64,000 bases of DNA from contig NC_045696.1 of NCBI RefSeq assembly GCF_009834535.1, positions 81,098,001 through 81,162,000 on the forward strand, in the 5' to 3' direction. Positions 23,341 through 36,655 of the stretch are shown one piece after another (positions within the stretch are counted from its first letter, which is position 1; each line of letters begins with the position of its first letter). The notes below the pieces were generated by a model. It was given only the letters and a program-made list of their open reading frames with translations. It ran no database searches and was not told where the DNA came from. This stretch comes from Camelus ferus. Lineage: Eukaryota. The translations under genes and the position numbers were made by a program.

Positions 23341-26300
23341 GAGAGAAATTTGGCACGTTGAGGAAAATGCTCATAATTTGGCAGTGGGGCAAGAGGAGAT
23401 GACGCGGAGAAAGAAGTTCTGGGACGTGCCGTGGGCTTCTTACCCCCACAGGTAAAGGGGATTCATTGGTTCATTTAAATCAGGGGGCAGGGTCACGTGA
23501 CCAGAGAGATTATTCTGGTAGCAGTGTCCAAGCATGCACTGGAGAGGGAAGGACAAATTCCAGGGGGAAATCGGTGTTACGCAGTGGAGAAGTATTAAAC
23601 AGTTCCTGTGTGGCACGGGTAATTGATTGTCAGATGCTATTTTATGTACTAAAAGAAGAAAACCAGTATCTTAATTTTCAGCTCCATTTCAATTCCAGAG
23701 GTGATAAAATGTGGAAAAGAATGTGTATTTTAGAATTGATGAAATACAGTCTTAAGTACTTGGTATATATTTGTCAAAGAATGAATGAATGATTTTTTTC
23801 TTTTCCCACCAGTGTCCTGTGTAGACTTGGAATAAAATGAAATACCTAAGAAATGAACACTACGTTTGATTTCTCAGTTGTATAACTTCCCTTAGTCGAC
23901 ACATTAAAATTATGAAAGACATGACTGATTCTTTTATTTGAACACTTGTTCTTTTATGGGTGTGACAATCACTCTTGATGGAATTTGGGGGAAGGAAGAT
24001 TTCAGAAGTGGCTGAATGAGAAAGTGCTCTGGGTGGGGGGTGACATTATTCCACTTAGATTTCAGGTCAAATAGTGGAAGCTGTATTTGGGGACCTACAG
24101 CTGACCCCCTAGAGCACCACCAAGTGGTTTAGGAGGCGGGATTTAAAAATCAGCGATAAGGTCTTGGCGTGACTGAACAGGAATACCCAAGAATAATGTC
24201 CAGGTCTGCCCTTCGGGGCACTCCTGGAGGGAAATTGCTCTTTGTGTGCTTAGCTTCTGTTTTGGTGATTATTGCCTCTCCATGCAGCTGGGTATTTCCT
24301 GATCCTCGGGTCTGTCTCGCCTGCTCTTCCCCCACATTTGCTCAGTGGGATTCCAGCCAGGAATGTCTAAGAGACAAGGGCAGCTGGGCCTGCACTGACC
24401 TCGAGACTGCATTTTGCTTCTGTGGCTGTTTCGCTTCAGTTCGCACCATTTGGGGGCACTTCTCCAGGCAGAATGCGGCAAGGCTGCCAAACTTGGATGC
24501 ATTCTTCACATTCTCCATGTGTTTGTACTTGTGCAACCCGGGAGAGTGCACTGAGCTAGAAGAGGAGGGTTGAGGGAGATGGTGGAAAGTGCTGTCTGCC
24601 CTTAGATATACAGATAAAGGGGCCGTCTTATGACGGTTCCTAGAAATGTGACTTATATGGGCATGCCACACCGTGTAGGAAGGGGATGGCCACTGTTTTT
24701 ATTGGAAAAGAAGACAAAGGTTGTGGAACCTCTTTCTTTGGGACAGACTAAGGTGGCTCTTCTTGTGCCCAGTGAAAAGGTTGGAAGTTTCCTCTCTTAG
24801 GAGACTAAAGAATGCGTGTAAAAGATCCTTGTCTGTGATAACTGTATTTTCTTAACAAGGAGTTAGAATCACTGCCTGCTGTCTTTGGGCAGATCAAGAA
24901 TGCGCTGTTTTTGTATGCTGAAAATGCTGCACATTAGTATGTCAACGTGCTCTTCCCTTCTGTGGGACCCTGTGACCTTTCATGGGGATGTCTGTCACTA
25001 CCTTCTGTTTTGTCTGGTCTTGCCTACTCCAGCCCTCCCCTCTCTTTGCTCACAGCCACCAGTTTGGACACCGTGACTAGAGCTCTCCACCAGTTCCCTT
25101 CAAGTCCTTCAAGTACCCCTGCCCTGAACTTTCCTGCCCAGTTGTGAGTCCTGCTGGGTGACTCCTACCACTTGCATTTGTCCAGATGCTGCCTTGCAAC
25201 ATCTGGGCTCAAACTCAGGCTCCCAAACAAAATATTCCTTGCTCCGTGCAAGGAGTTGGAAGGAATTCCTCCTTTCTCCTCTCATTTGTACTTTTCTGGG
25301 TGCTCCTTAATTATTTTCTACCTTGTATGATGGATACAGGCATTTTTTTCCTGAAAACTAGACATTTTGTTGAAAAACTACCTGGGGCAGTTTTCCTTTT
25401 TTTAAAAAATGAGAAAAATGATAATATGTTACGTGTTAATTCCAGCCCCCCAACCAATTTCCTAAAGTGTGGCTGAAACACAGTAAAAATACCTGTAAGT
25501 CAGCTCCTTTGTTGGGATGTAAAACGCTTGAACCGTAGTTTCCTGATCCCTTGTTTTATGCATGGTTACGCAGCCAGCAGCGATCCCAGACCAAAGTTGA
25601 CTTGAGTTTGGCACTTTTCAAAATCTTCCACACTTCATTCTGGTATTTCATCAGTTGAGTGTGAAGTGTAACGTAAAACTTTTATCTCATATCGTATTTT
25701 CTTTAAGATGTTGTTTTGAGTGTCACAGTAAACATTTTTTGTAGGTACGCATTGGCCAAGATTCCATTTTACTGAGAGCTGGGTACGGCCTCTGAGGCTT
25801 TAGAATTGAAAACCAAGCCGTTGAAGAGGGGGATGTTCTGCAGAGGTGTCTGCTCTTGTGTCTCCGTTCACCTCTCCCTCTGTAGTCCCTAAGCTCATGG
25901 AGGGCAGGACCCACAACTACCCTGGGTAGTTGCAGACCATTTTTTGGAATGGATTAGTTGGTTTTGTGAGGACTTGGAGGGAGATTTTGAGCTGTTACTT
26001 TGTTAGAATTTTATTCAGTTAATCCTCAGCAATTGGAAAGTGTTGGGAACTTCCAGATCCTGAAGTTCTTTTCCCTCAGTCATCTAGCAGGTTTTTTTTG
26101 GTATCTGCTATAAGTTTGTTAAAGTCGTGTCCCCCTACAGCTTATGACCTCATATACAGCCATTAAAAAGTTGTCCTACTAGTGTCTTGTGACAGAAAAC
26201 AGAAACAGATATTTATGAAATGGAAGGTGCTTTCCTTCAAAAGGACTGATCATGATTATCATTATATACAAACACCCCACCCCCCAATACACCCACAAGG

Positions 26301-26745
26301 ACACACAGACAGACACATAGACAGTACAGATAGATAAGGACAGATAAAAAGGATGAAAATTGTTTCTGTCCTTGCAACTTACAGTCTAGATGGGAGTGAG
26401 TCATCCCAGCCAAGATGATGTGTGGGAGATGAGTCCTAGAGATGGTGGATGCATCCTGCAGAAGGATGTGCATACGGAGCAGGAGGGCACCCTGACCTAT
26501 TCTCAGGTGGCTCAGGTGAGTAGCAGCTCAGAGTTCGTCTTTCCCTTATGAGATGGAGTGTACCAGCTCATGTTGAAGGATTATTGAAGGGCCAACAAAG
26601 ATTCTGAGTATTAGAGTCCTTTCAAACGATCAAATGTTTGGATTCTCTTCCTTAAAAAATGCATGTGCACAAAGCATGGGCTCTAGTTTCATGAGGTTCA
26701 CAGACTCCAATGGGCACAGGTTAAGAATGATTTGATAGAATATAG

Positions 26746-27329
26746 TGTAGGGGAGGAAAAGGAATCTTTTCCCTCTACCCATCTCAGGTTCACTGGTGGG
26801 AGCCCTACAGATTAGATCGGCCAAAGACAGATTAACAAGAGAAAAGTGGAGTTTTGTTTTTCTTTTTTCTTTTTTTTAACATGTCCATTATGCATACACA
26901 CTCAGTGATGAGTAACTCCAAGGGGTGGATAGAACTTGGGCCTATCGAGCTTATTAGCAAAAAAGCAATACATTTGTAGAGAAAAGAAAAGACAAGGAAA
27001 AGGGGTTTTTGGCTTCCAAATGCTGCAAACTGTGGGAAGGTAAATATACAGAGGAAACCAGTGGAAGACAAGCGCCTGTTAGTCAGATTTGTTATGTAGA
27101 GTCTCTGGGCCATAAGAATCTAGAGTTGTCTCTGGGGATTAGTAAGAGTCACCCTGACCTCCCTTCCAGATAGAGCGGGAGAGAGCAGAGAGTTTTTCTG
27201 TGTGTGTGTGTCTGTTCTTCATTTTGTGTGTGTGTGTGTGTGTGTGTCTCCAGTTGTCTTCACCTCAAAATAATCCTTATGTCAAAGTGGCATATTTTGG
27301 GGTGGCATGGCATATTCTGAACCCTCTCA
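26746..27329 (-). mobile_element. ERV1-class solo LTR (MER34/MER39-like)
   Basis: Bounded by TG...CA; right end aaaataatccttatgtcaaagtggcatattttggggtggca...tattctgaaccctctca is the reverse complement of the MER34-type 5' end (TGA...AGAATATGCCACCCCAAAATATGCCACTTTG). Confidence 0.85.
27199..27246. repeat. Interrupted (TG)n microsatellite inside the LTR
   Basis: Two TG runs separated by ctgttcttcattt. Confidence 0.9.
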
Positions 27330-28959
27330 GCAGCTACAAGTCAGTATATTCATCTCACAAAGAGTGAGTGTTAGGTTAACATGCATCTACTCAGCTAGCC
27401 AGGGAAGCCGGTTGATAGTCTTAGACGTTCACCCAAAAGAGGTGGGATCACCAACATCCCCAGCATCAAGTGCAGTGGGGCAGTTGGTCAGCAGCTTCTG
27501 TGAACCCAACCAAGGCGTTTAGTTCTATTAATTGCAAGGCTATGTGGGAGGCCCTGTGAAAAAGGAGCTCCTCCGAGGGGCTTGCAAACCATAATTGCTC
27601 AGTCCATGAGGGGTTGATGGTGAGAATTGAAGGCCTAGAAAAGAGATCAGGTGTGGTTACTGTGACAAAAGGCATAAACTGAGGCTGCACCATGATTATT
27701 TATTATCCGCTTTCAGTCCTTTTGGTGTTGTTTTCAAAGATGATGTGGCAATTATTAACATGGCGTTAAGATTGAGTGGAGATCTGACAAGAATTGGTTG
27801 ACATTTTAATCACTGAAGTGCTGAGGGTGTCTTATATGTGCCTGATTGTGTGCTTGCACTTTGGGGCAGAAAGAGGTGCCTTGATCATCAGGCTTGGCTT
27901 GACCTTGGTTAGTCATTGCCAGAAAGTCACAGTGGACTTCTCCCATGTTGCCTGAAAAGTGGACTTGCCAATCATGGCTTGCCCACTGAAGGCGCATGGG
28001 ACCTTAATTCCTTCGGTAGTGAGGACCACTTCTTCTGCACACCATTCATGGTGTATCCCCATCATGCTGTGTTGTGCTCCGGGGTGCCATTCACATAGGA
28101 TGTGAAGTGAACGATGCCTCTTAGGGTTGTGAGCAGAGACACCCCAGGTTGCCAGCCTCAAGATGGACATAATGGGTTGCTGGAAACAAGGGGCTCCCCC
28201 AGGGATTGTTGGTGGGGCCTGTGTGATAAAGTCTCAGTGACGGATGACTTTGATGTCTTTATGCTCACTTTGCCACTTTGCTGGGTGGCAGTCCTCTTGC
28301 CATTTCATTGAAAATCCTGATCATCTCTCTAAGGACTCATTTCAGGACCTGGGGAGGTAGGCGTTCCCATGTGGGCTGCTCTTCAGTTGTAGCATGAACG
28401 TTATCTTCCTAAAAGAATCTTCTGTGGCTGTATACATGGCACAGAGTGGGCTGCTCTGTGTTCCATTAAATGATTCCTAGATCCCCTAATGGCAGACTTA
28501 ATGGGCATGCAACATCTGTCCATTAAGAACATGTGCTCCGAGGCACTCACAAGTTCCCATCGCTGGTTCACCACAAATGCTGGCACCTCCTGGGGACTGC
28601 TCCTGGGGATCGCGACCTTTCATCCATGGCCCCCCAGTGCCCAGTACAGAGCAGGTGCTTGGAAAATATTTGGGGAATGATTAATGTGCAGTTGAAAAAA
28701 GTGTTCATGAATGCTGATGCAGAATTTGTTGAAATGAGAGTTTTCTTTCAAATTTCCTGGCTTGCAGTGTCACCAACCCCAGTAAACTTAGAGTTTCTGA
28801 TACTTTCTTCCATTAAAGCAGTCGCTCCCTCATTGTTTGAGCAGAAGGAAGGAAGATGCCACTTTTCGAGGCCCTAATATGTGCTAGGTGTTGTGCTAGA
28901 TTCTTTGTAGGCAGATTGTAGGTCAGTCCAGTCCTGACTAATCACTTGTTTGCTGTGTT

Positions 28960-29070
28960 TGGACATCAGTTTTCTCATCTGTAAAATTAAAATACTCATG
29001 TCCATCTTAGAGTTCTTGCCAGAATAACAGATAATACATGTAAGTGCTTTTAGCACTAAGTGCTCACGAA
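28960..29070 (+). mobile_element. MIR 3' fragment
   Basis: tcagttttctcatctgtaaaat...agataatacatgtaagtgctt...taagtgctca. Confidence 0.7.
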
Positions 29071-29081
29071 ATTAACACTGT

Positions 29082-29400
29082 ATCATTCATTCATTCATTC
29101 AACACTTACTGAGGCGCTCCTGTGAGTTCTGACACTCGAGGTGTCAGTGAGTTCTGAATTTGAGGTACCAGTGTGACTCAGATCTATTTCACGTAGCTCA
29201 CTCACAGTTTAGAAGGGGGAGTTAGACTCTTTAACACATGACACAATACATGGCAGGTGCTGTAGTCATTATCTAGAACAAATACTGTGAGAAGACAGAG
29301 GAGGAGCAACCACGCCCTGCTGGGGAAGAGGAGGTGGGTTTTGGGAGGGCTTGGTGGACATGATGCTTAATCTGATAGGAGGGTGGAAACCAGCTGGTAA
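29082..29400 (-). mobile_element. L2 LINE 3' end
   Basis: (TTCA)n tail tcattcattcattcattcaacacttactgaggcgc, followed by antisense L2 body. Confidence 0.8.
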
Positions 29401-31924
29401 GGAAGATGCTTGTGAACAGACTAATCGAAGGTAGTTAAAGCGGGGGTGGTGTGTGTCTGAGGATGGCTATGTGTGCGCAGAAGTGGTAGACAAAGGATAC
29501 CTTCTGTGGGAGATAGACTTCCTTGCCAAGAAATTTAGGAAACTCAACAAAGTAAAGCAGCTTGCTTAAACTCACATGGCGAGCAAGTAGTGGGGCCTAA
29601 AATTGGAAATGAAATGCTTTCTACAGTGCCAGTCCTCTTTCTACCTGATTCTAAATATGTGTAACTTACATTCCTAAGTGTACTTCAAGTTACTTCTTAG
29701 AGTCCCAACCTTTGCAGGAGGAGAGTATCTCTAGTTAATAATGTGTGTCTGTGGCACATTCTGGTTTATAAAGATGAGGTTCTTTCTAAGCTGGACTTTT
29801 CCACCGTGGTTGTTCGGTAAAATGAGATCTGCTGGATTTCTCCAGTAAGCCAAGTGGCAACCCTGCAAGGAGGAATTGAAAACCTGGCCTTCGGGTCAGG
29901 AGGAATGAGATGGTACTCAGAGATGGAGGCTGAAGGCAGGCGTGCCAGCTCCACCCCCGGCAGTGTCTCCCCTGTGTACTCGAGGCTGTGTGGAAATCAC
30001 CACAGTGCACACAGGCGGTTTACTTGCGTTACATTGTTCCTGGAGAGGATGAAAGTAAGGAAACACTTTAAATAGCCAAGTAGCTTCCTGGACAGAATCC
30101 TTTCTCTACACTGGAAAGGTCTACCCCATCCCCTACTCCTGCCTTTATTATTAGTTAGTAACGATTGTGCAGTCATTGCTTTGGTTCTGCTGAAGTCTAG
30201 GTTCTGAACTACTAAGCCACTTTGGCTGTACATTTCTCCAGTGGAGAACTTAGAATTGCTCTGCTTCACCTACAAGATGCTGCAAAGGGAAAACTAGTGT
30301 CTCCTTGCCAGGGGTAGCCAGCACTGCCCCTGCCTCACTCTTGGTGGCTAGACTCTCCCAGTGCAAAGTGGCTTTGGTACAAACCAGGTGGTTCTCCTCT
30401 AGAGAGGATGTTTAATGACCTGTAGATTTTACAGTTGTCATTTTTAATTCATTAGTTGGCCGAATAATAACGGTACACAGTTCCACTTCTTTCTAAAAAT
30501 ATCTCCAGCCTCGTATTTCCCAAGTTTCTTGTCTCAAAAAAGCATTGGAATGTAGTGGTTGAGAAGGACACATGAGAGGGCTGTTCGGAGGAACCATCCC
30601 TAGAAAGATTTGGAACAAGGGTGGAAGATATGAGAGCTGATACCAGGTTTTGGGGATGTGGCCGTAGGCTCGTGTTAGTACACATTCACTGGCAAACAGC
30701 TTTATGTCAATGAAGCAGATACTTTATCTACAAGTATCATATGCTTAGTGTTGTGCTATAAGGTATGGTTAGCTACTGAGTGGAATTCTTTAATCAGGGT
30801 GAGAATTTCTGCTCTGTAACAAAAGACTCTTACCTACTGGGTTTTGAATAAGCTTTAGTTTGCTGATTGCCAACACACTCTTTGGACAGGGAACTAATAT
30901 TTTAATTGTTGGATTGCTGCTTATATTTATTTCCTCATTCTTCAAAATTGAAGCTGCCGCCTTCTTGATTAAATTATTTAAACCTTTTAATTGTGAAATA
31001 CATGCTGAAAAATGGTTAGCTCATTTAATGAGCACCAGTGTGACCATCTCTCTATTCGAGAACTAGAATCATCCTATTTGCTTCACAGAACAACTTCACT
31101 AATCCAAAGGACTGGGAGGAGCAAGGGACATTTTTATATTGGTGAAAAGAAGGCAATAATAATTTGTAGAGACTCTTATTCCCTTTTAAGTTTAGATGAT
31201 ACCTCAGAGGTACTAGAGTGGAAATGTGAACACAGGTCCCAGAGTGCCGGCTGCAGTAGTGATGTCTGATTCTAATTACCAGGAATCGGGTGTGAATAGC
31301 ACTTGCCTGTTTGAAATTTTTTTTTTAAGTTAAGTATTTCTTCTGTTATCTTTTTTACATATTACTTTCTTAAAACCTATTATGTAGGAGCAATAGAAAA
31401 TTAAACTGCTGTCTAGATCTAACTCAAGTAATTGCAAATTCTGAATGAATAAAGGTGAAATAAAGGGCATTTACTCTATTAGAAAATTAAGGATATGCGT
31501 ATAGAGGTGAACAGTGTACTTCTGAATGTTTCTACCAAAATGTCCCTATGGGTGAAGGAGAGTAAATTAGAGGCCCTACAAATACGGGTGGGCTGACTGA
31601 AGTCCCTCTGCTGGAAACTTAAAATGCATTAGAAGCTTTCTGCTTAATCTTTAAAATTGATACAAACTTATCTATGCTTAATTTAGTATATTAAAATTAA
31701 CAAGCACTTAAGTCTTCATGGAAAACAGGCCTTCTAGGAAGATGCACCGTATTTGAATGTGGATTCATAGATTCTCTGGTACCCAGCCGTGTACTCTGAG
31801 GAATGCATACCTGTGTCTTCATGATACATAAAGTCTCCCATACTTACTCCTTATTTCACCAATGAAAAAGTAAATAGCAGCTTATCTGTGCTACCTTGTT
31901 GTCAGTCTTGCTAAAATTATTGAT

Positions 31925-32060
31925 TTACTTAACCCACATTTATTAAGTGCCCTCTGTGGCCTGGGTACTATGCAAGTGACTAAGAATATTAATATGAAGA
32001 GAGTCCAGGCCCTGCTTTTTGGGAAGAGGGGCCATAGTTAAGTGGAGAAGATGGATTATT
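31925..32060 (-). mobile_element. L2 3' fragment
   Basis: catttattaagtgccctctgtggcctgggtactatgc...ggccctgc. Confidence 0.65.
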
Positions 32061-33519
32061 TTACAGATTATTACAACAATATAATATATATTTGTTCCTT
32101 TCTTGTCTGGCAGAAATAAGGCTTCAAACATGGCATTTTGTTAATAACAATAATGGATTTGTATTCTTTATCCCGTGTGTGTCTGTCACTTTGTGATAGC
32201 CATGCATGTTCAGTGCTTGAAAACCGTTTGCCTTATGAAATGCTTATGGAACCAAGGTTTCTAGAAATAATCTGAAGCTTACTGAGTGAAGGTGTGGCCC
32301 TCTGAGTGATGTTCTCAGGCTTCCATCGTTCCTGACGGAAGTGATACATGTGATTAACATGTATCCTTTTAAAATAATACCCTTAAAAGAGAAATTTCTT
32401 CCCTCTGCTCGTCTCTCTCTGCTTCTGCAGATCCTGTTTGCATTTCAAAGTCCAGCCCAATGCCCACCTTTTCCTTTCAGCCTTCCTTGACTGTGCGTCT
32501 GTGTTTATTTCTCCAGCCATCCGAACTCTTTTGGCATTTCCATTGTGTTCGCCTATCTGGCTGGTTAGAGTGAGAGTGAGGATCCTAAATTCCATCCCTT
32601 CTCCTTTTGCGAGTAGGGTTCTTGAGAAATGGATCACAGCAAATGCTGCCTCCTTATTCCTCAGAGTGTCTGCCCCACGGACACTCTGTGTCTCAGGCTC
32701 CTGCCCCAGCAGCCCTGCCTGGCAACCTGGAATCTTCAGGACTCCCTTAACTGTTCTCTCCTCAGCTCTGGAGCTGAGAAGGCCCAGGTCCTCTATGAAT
32801 TCCTTTTCTCCTGGGTCTCAGGCTGGTGCCCCTTTCCATTCCTTTCTCAGTATTTTCAAAGCAGAAAGGACCCTCAGCCCTTTCCTTATCATGTTCCCCC
32901 ATAGAAGGCAGAGCCAGCTATTCCATTCCTCTCTCTCCTCATTCCTTCCATTAAAACTCCACCCTCAACGCCTATAAAGTAGGATAGGCTGAGCATTATT
33001 CCACCGTGGCCCTAATATGCCATTTTGTCCTTCAGGGGTAGCCACCCTTGAATGTGGGTTCAGGAGTGAAAAATCTCTGATGGACATGTTTTATTTTAGT
33101 ATTCACTGATAAAAACCCGACTTCACCATAGCAAAATTTTTTCATGCTTTTGTCTCATTTCAACTTCAGTCCAGCCCTGAGAGGCCGGCAGCCTACTGGT
33201 ATTCTTATTTCTGCTTTAGAGGAAAAGAAACCCAGAGCTAGAGATTTTCAGCAGATTTGCTCAATGTCAGAAAAAAAAATTTGTCCATGATGAAATTGTG
33301 TTCAGAAATATCATCTTTAACCTACAGTCCTTTCATTTCTCTTCATTTATATTACATTTGTTTTCCTTTGTTCTTACTATTTAGACCTGCTCCTTGAAGG
33401 AGGCTCATGCCATGGTATTTAAATCCTGCGTAACACCAAACAACGCAATTTCCACACATTTATGTTAGGAAATTATTAGTGTATTAGTAAATTATTAAAC
33501 ATTAGTATACTCTTATCAT

Positions 33520-33900
33520 TAGTAATAGTTTCCTCATTTAGTGAGGATGTTACGTGTCATGTTCTTTGCTGCGTATTTTCCATAAACTTTGCCTCATTCT
33601 TACCGTACCTCTGCCATGTAGGTTTTATCAGTACTTTTGCAACATCAATATTCTCTTGAATCACCTGGGATCTCATTAAAATGTTAATTCTGATTCAGTA
33701 ATTCTGGGCAGAGCCCAATATTCTGCATGTCTAACTGCTTCCAGATGCTGTGGACACTACGGGTCATGGACCATACTTTGAGTAGCATCTGGTTAGTAGG
33801 TGAAGAAACTGTGGCTCAAAGAGATTAAGTAACTTTTCAAAGATGACACAACTGGAAGGGGCAAAGTCCCACTCCAACTCTGATACCCAAATTGCTGCTC
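33520..33900 (-). mobile_element. MIR SINE interrupted by a MER5A
   Basis: MIR-like text on both sides; the right half has gtgaagaaactgtggctcaaagagattaagtaacttttcaaagatgacaca. Confidence 0.65.
33640..33788. mobile_element. hAT-Charlie MITE MER5A
   Basis: gaatcacctgggatctcattaaaatg...ttctgattcagta...ttctgcatgtctaac...ggaccatactttgagtagca. Confidence 0.85.
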
Positions 33901-35139
33901 ACCCTCCCATGTCACACTGCTGATGTGGCAGGCATCACTGTTAAACATCTTGGGAGATTCAGAGATAATGAAGGCATAGACCTTGCTCCCAGAAGAGTTG
34001 CCTTCCAGGGTAAAGACAGACACGTTGAAAGCGGCTTTGGGGACGCACTTGAATGTGGAGTTTACACTAATGCAATGTCATGGGAGGATCTTGGGTGTGA
34101 AGTATGATTTGAGTTGGACCTCAGAGGACTAGGAAGGGAGCAAAGGACTTTCTTGACAGCAATAACAAGGAGACAGGATGTAAATGCATCTTCTGTGCCT
34201 GGTGAGCAGTTGGCTGTAGCTGATGTGTGGAGAGGGGTATACTGTGCTTTAAAAGTACCGCCTTGGGTTGCTGATAGAGTAGAATAAGCCAGGGGAGCCA
34301 CTGGGATTTGGAGGAGTGGTTCACAGTAGCACATTGTAGGTGCCCAGGGGATGGACCCTGATTGATTTAATGTGATCTAGTTGTTAGCGATCCATTGCCC
34401 ATACTGTGCCGCTGACATCTCCATATAGTATTCTGTGGCCTGGTTATAGGTGACTTACTCCACGATGGCCTTTACTATTGTTTGTGTAGAGCCCGTCTTA
34501 ATAAAATCTCTTTGCTGGTGGCAATAAAGGATATATTACTTTTTCCCCCTTTCCAAATTTTTCCAGGTTATGAAAATGCTGTTTTTCCACAGACCAGTAA
34601 TAAACATTGTTCTTAAAAGAAGCATTGTTCCTTCGGTAGCAACTTGTAATGGGAAAAGTGGAATGGAGACAAAATGCAATCCTGGTCTGAATGGAGACCA
34701 GTTTTTCTTTGTGTGAATAACCAGCATTCCAGTCAGGTTGCCACGGTGATGCTGAGATTATAACTGTTCATGCCAGCAGTCAGAGAATGATGCCCAATTA
34801 GTTATTCTCAGCTGCTAGGTTACCTTGACAGTGGCTCAAAAAGCAGGTTTTGAGTTCAAAGGCACTCAAATGAGCAGTCAGAGGACTTGGAGCTCTGCTG
34901 TCCTCAGTGGGGTGCTGGGACTACAAGCCCCAGCATGCCCTGCTTTAGTCCACATAGGATGTGGTCAGCCCTGTGAAAGCAAACTCCATTTTTAAATTCT
35001 GTTCCCCCCACCTTCCTTGGTAACAAAGGGTTCCCAGAATTCTTGTGTCACCAGCCAGCTTTGTAAGGGTTTTCACTGTTTCCAGGGCTGCCTTCAGATG
35101 TTATAGGTTGGAGACACTGGGGAGAATGTGAATTTTGGT

Positions 35140-35295
35140 GTTGAACCTTGATCTTATGTAGGTTACCCTCTTAGCTTCAGTTTTCTGTCCCGTGAGCAAT
35201 CTACCTTACAGGATCAATGCAGAGATCAAATAAAATAATTTTTGCAAAATGCCCTGCACAATGTCTGGAGCATAGGAGATACCTAGTAAAAAGTC
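35140..35295 (+). mobile_element. MIR SINE fragment
   Basis: ctcttagcttcagtttt...ctaccttacagg...agagatcaaataaaataat...gcacaatgtctgg. Confidence 0.7.
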
Positions 35296-35371
35296 AGTCT
35301 TCTCAAATATTATTTCAGAAATCATAAAGCATTATACAGTGAGATTACTTTTAATGCCATCTTTTGATCAT

Positions 35372-35725
35372 TTCTATCAGTCAGAACAGGCGAAGATGTA
35401 CTGTGATAACAAATAATCTTAGAGACTTAATACAACTAAAGTTTATTTCTTGACCATGCCGCATGCCCAGAGCCCATCAGGAGAGGACTCTATTCATCAG
35501 CTACCTAAGGATACAGATTAACGGCAGCTTCACGTCCTCATGTGCTTCCATAGTCATCACAATATCTTGCCCTAATAATCAAATATTCCACCTTACTTCC
35601 ACTCACATTGCATTGGCCAAAGCAAATCATGTGGCCACACCCAACTTAAAAAGGGCTGAGGAATTGTTGTCCTACTACATTGGCAGGAGAACTGGAATAT
35701 CTGTTGAATAACTGTAATGCCTGCA
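35372..35725 (-). mobile_element. MaLR solo LTR (old MLT1 J/K/L type)
   Basis: gtgataacaaa...acttaatacaactaaagtttatttctt...acttccactcacattgcattggccaaagcaaatcatgtggccacacccaact. Confidence 0.8.
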
Positions 35726-35829
35726 ACCTCTACCAAAGTAAAGGCTGATGGAGTATAGTATTTTAAAGAAGGGCTCTTAGTGAGACATAAGTAAGTAAAA
35801 ATATCTGAATAGTTAACTTCAAGGCAAAT

Positions 35830-36344
35830 GAATTAGGAATCAGCTGTATCAAACAGAAAACCCCAAATATTAAAGGGTTAAGGAAGATAGAGGTGTATTT
35901 CTCTCTCAATTTAAAGAAGTCCAGATATAGGCAGTCAGTGGTGTTATGGTAGTTCCATGGCCATAGAGGCTTGCAGTCATTTTATTGTTCTGCTATAACA
36001 ACCTAGCGTGAGACTTACATTCTTAAATTCACCTCAGGGTCAGAAATGGCTGCAGGGTTTCAGCTGTCACATCTACATTCCAGGCGGCTGGAAGGAGAAT
36101 GATGGGGGACAAAAATGTGCTTCTCTCTGCCAAGTCAGCTCCATTTGAGCAACCCTCTACATTTCCCACCCAATAATTCTGCTTATACAACATCATTGAC
36201 TAGAACTTAGTTATATATTCACCCTTAGCATCAAGGAAGCTAGGGCATGTAATTATTGATCTGAGTGCATTGTCTTCCAAATAAATTGTTCCTACAGAGC
36301 AATGAGAGAAGGGACACTGGGTGGCATGCAGCAGTCCCTGCCAC
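35830..36344 (-). mobile_element. MaLR solo LTR (old MLT1 type)
   Basis: aaacagaaaacccc...agatagaggtgtatttctctctc...aagaagtccag...cattgactagaacttagtta...caaggaagctagg...ccctgccaca end. Confidence 0.75.
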
Positions 36345-36414
36345 AGTAACTTAAGATACAAGCTTTGGTTAAGCATGACTGAGAAGGGAAGGATTGCTCT
36401 ATACACTATCATTT

Positions 36415-36655
36415 TATAATCTGTTCCACAGAACACCACTGTGTAGAGAGATACAAGGTTCCCTTAAAAATGTTCTACAGCTCAAGAGATTTGGGAAATG
36501 TGGAAAGCTTTGCCCTCTCTTGGAGATTCACAAGGTATATCAACACATTAAAAGCTCTGAGAGGCCCTGCAGTAAATAAGGAGCTAAATTGCTAATCTTT
36601 TGAACTCAGTGTTCCTAAACCCATTTGACAGTGGAAATCAAACAGCTTTGGAAGA
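36415..36655. mobile_element. hAT-Charlie element MER103C-like
   Basis: tgttccacagaacac...tttgggaaatg...ctcttggagattcacaa...attaaaagctctgagaggccctgcagtaaa...atttgacagtggaa. Confidence 0.75.

Noticed and set aside
24150..24671. Cluster of overlapping ORFs on both strands (up to 134 aa)
   Set aside because: Expected from locally higher GC; no recognisable protein features.
32438..32977. Longest ORF in the track (179 aa)
   Set aside because: Non-ATG start, Ser/Leu/Pro/Phe-rich composition from pyrimidine-rich, partly L2-like DNA, and no recognisable domain.
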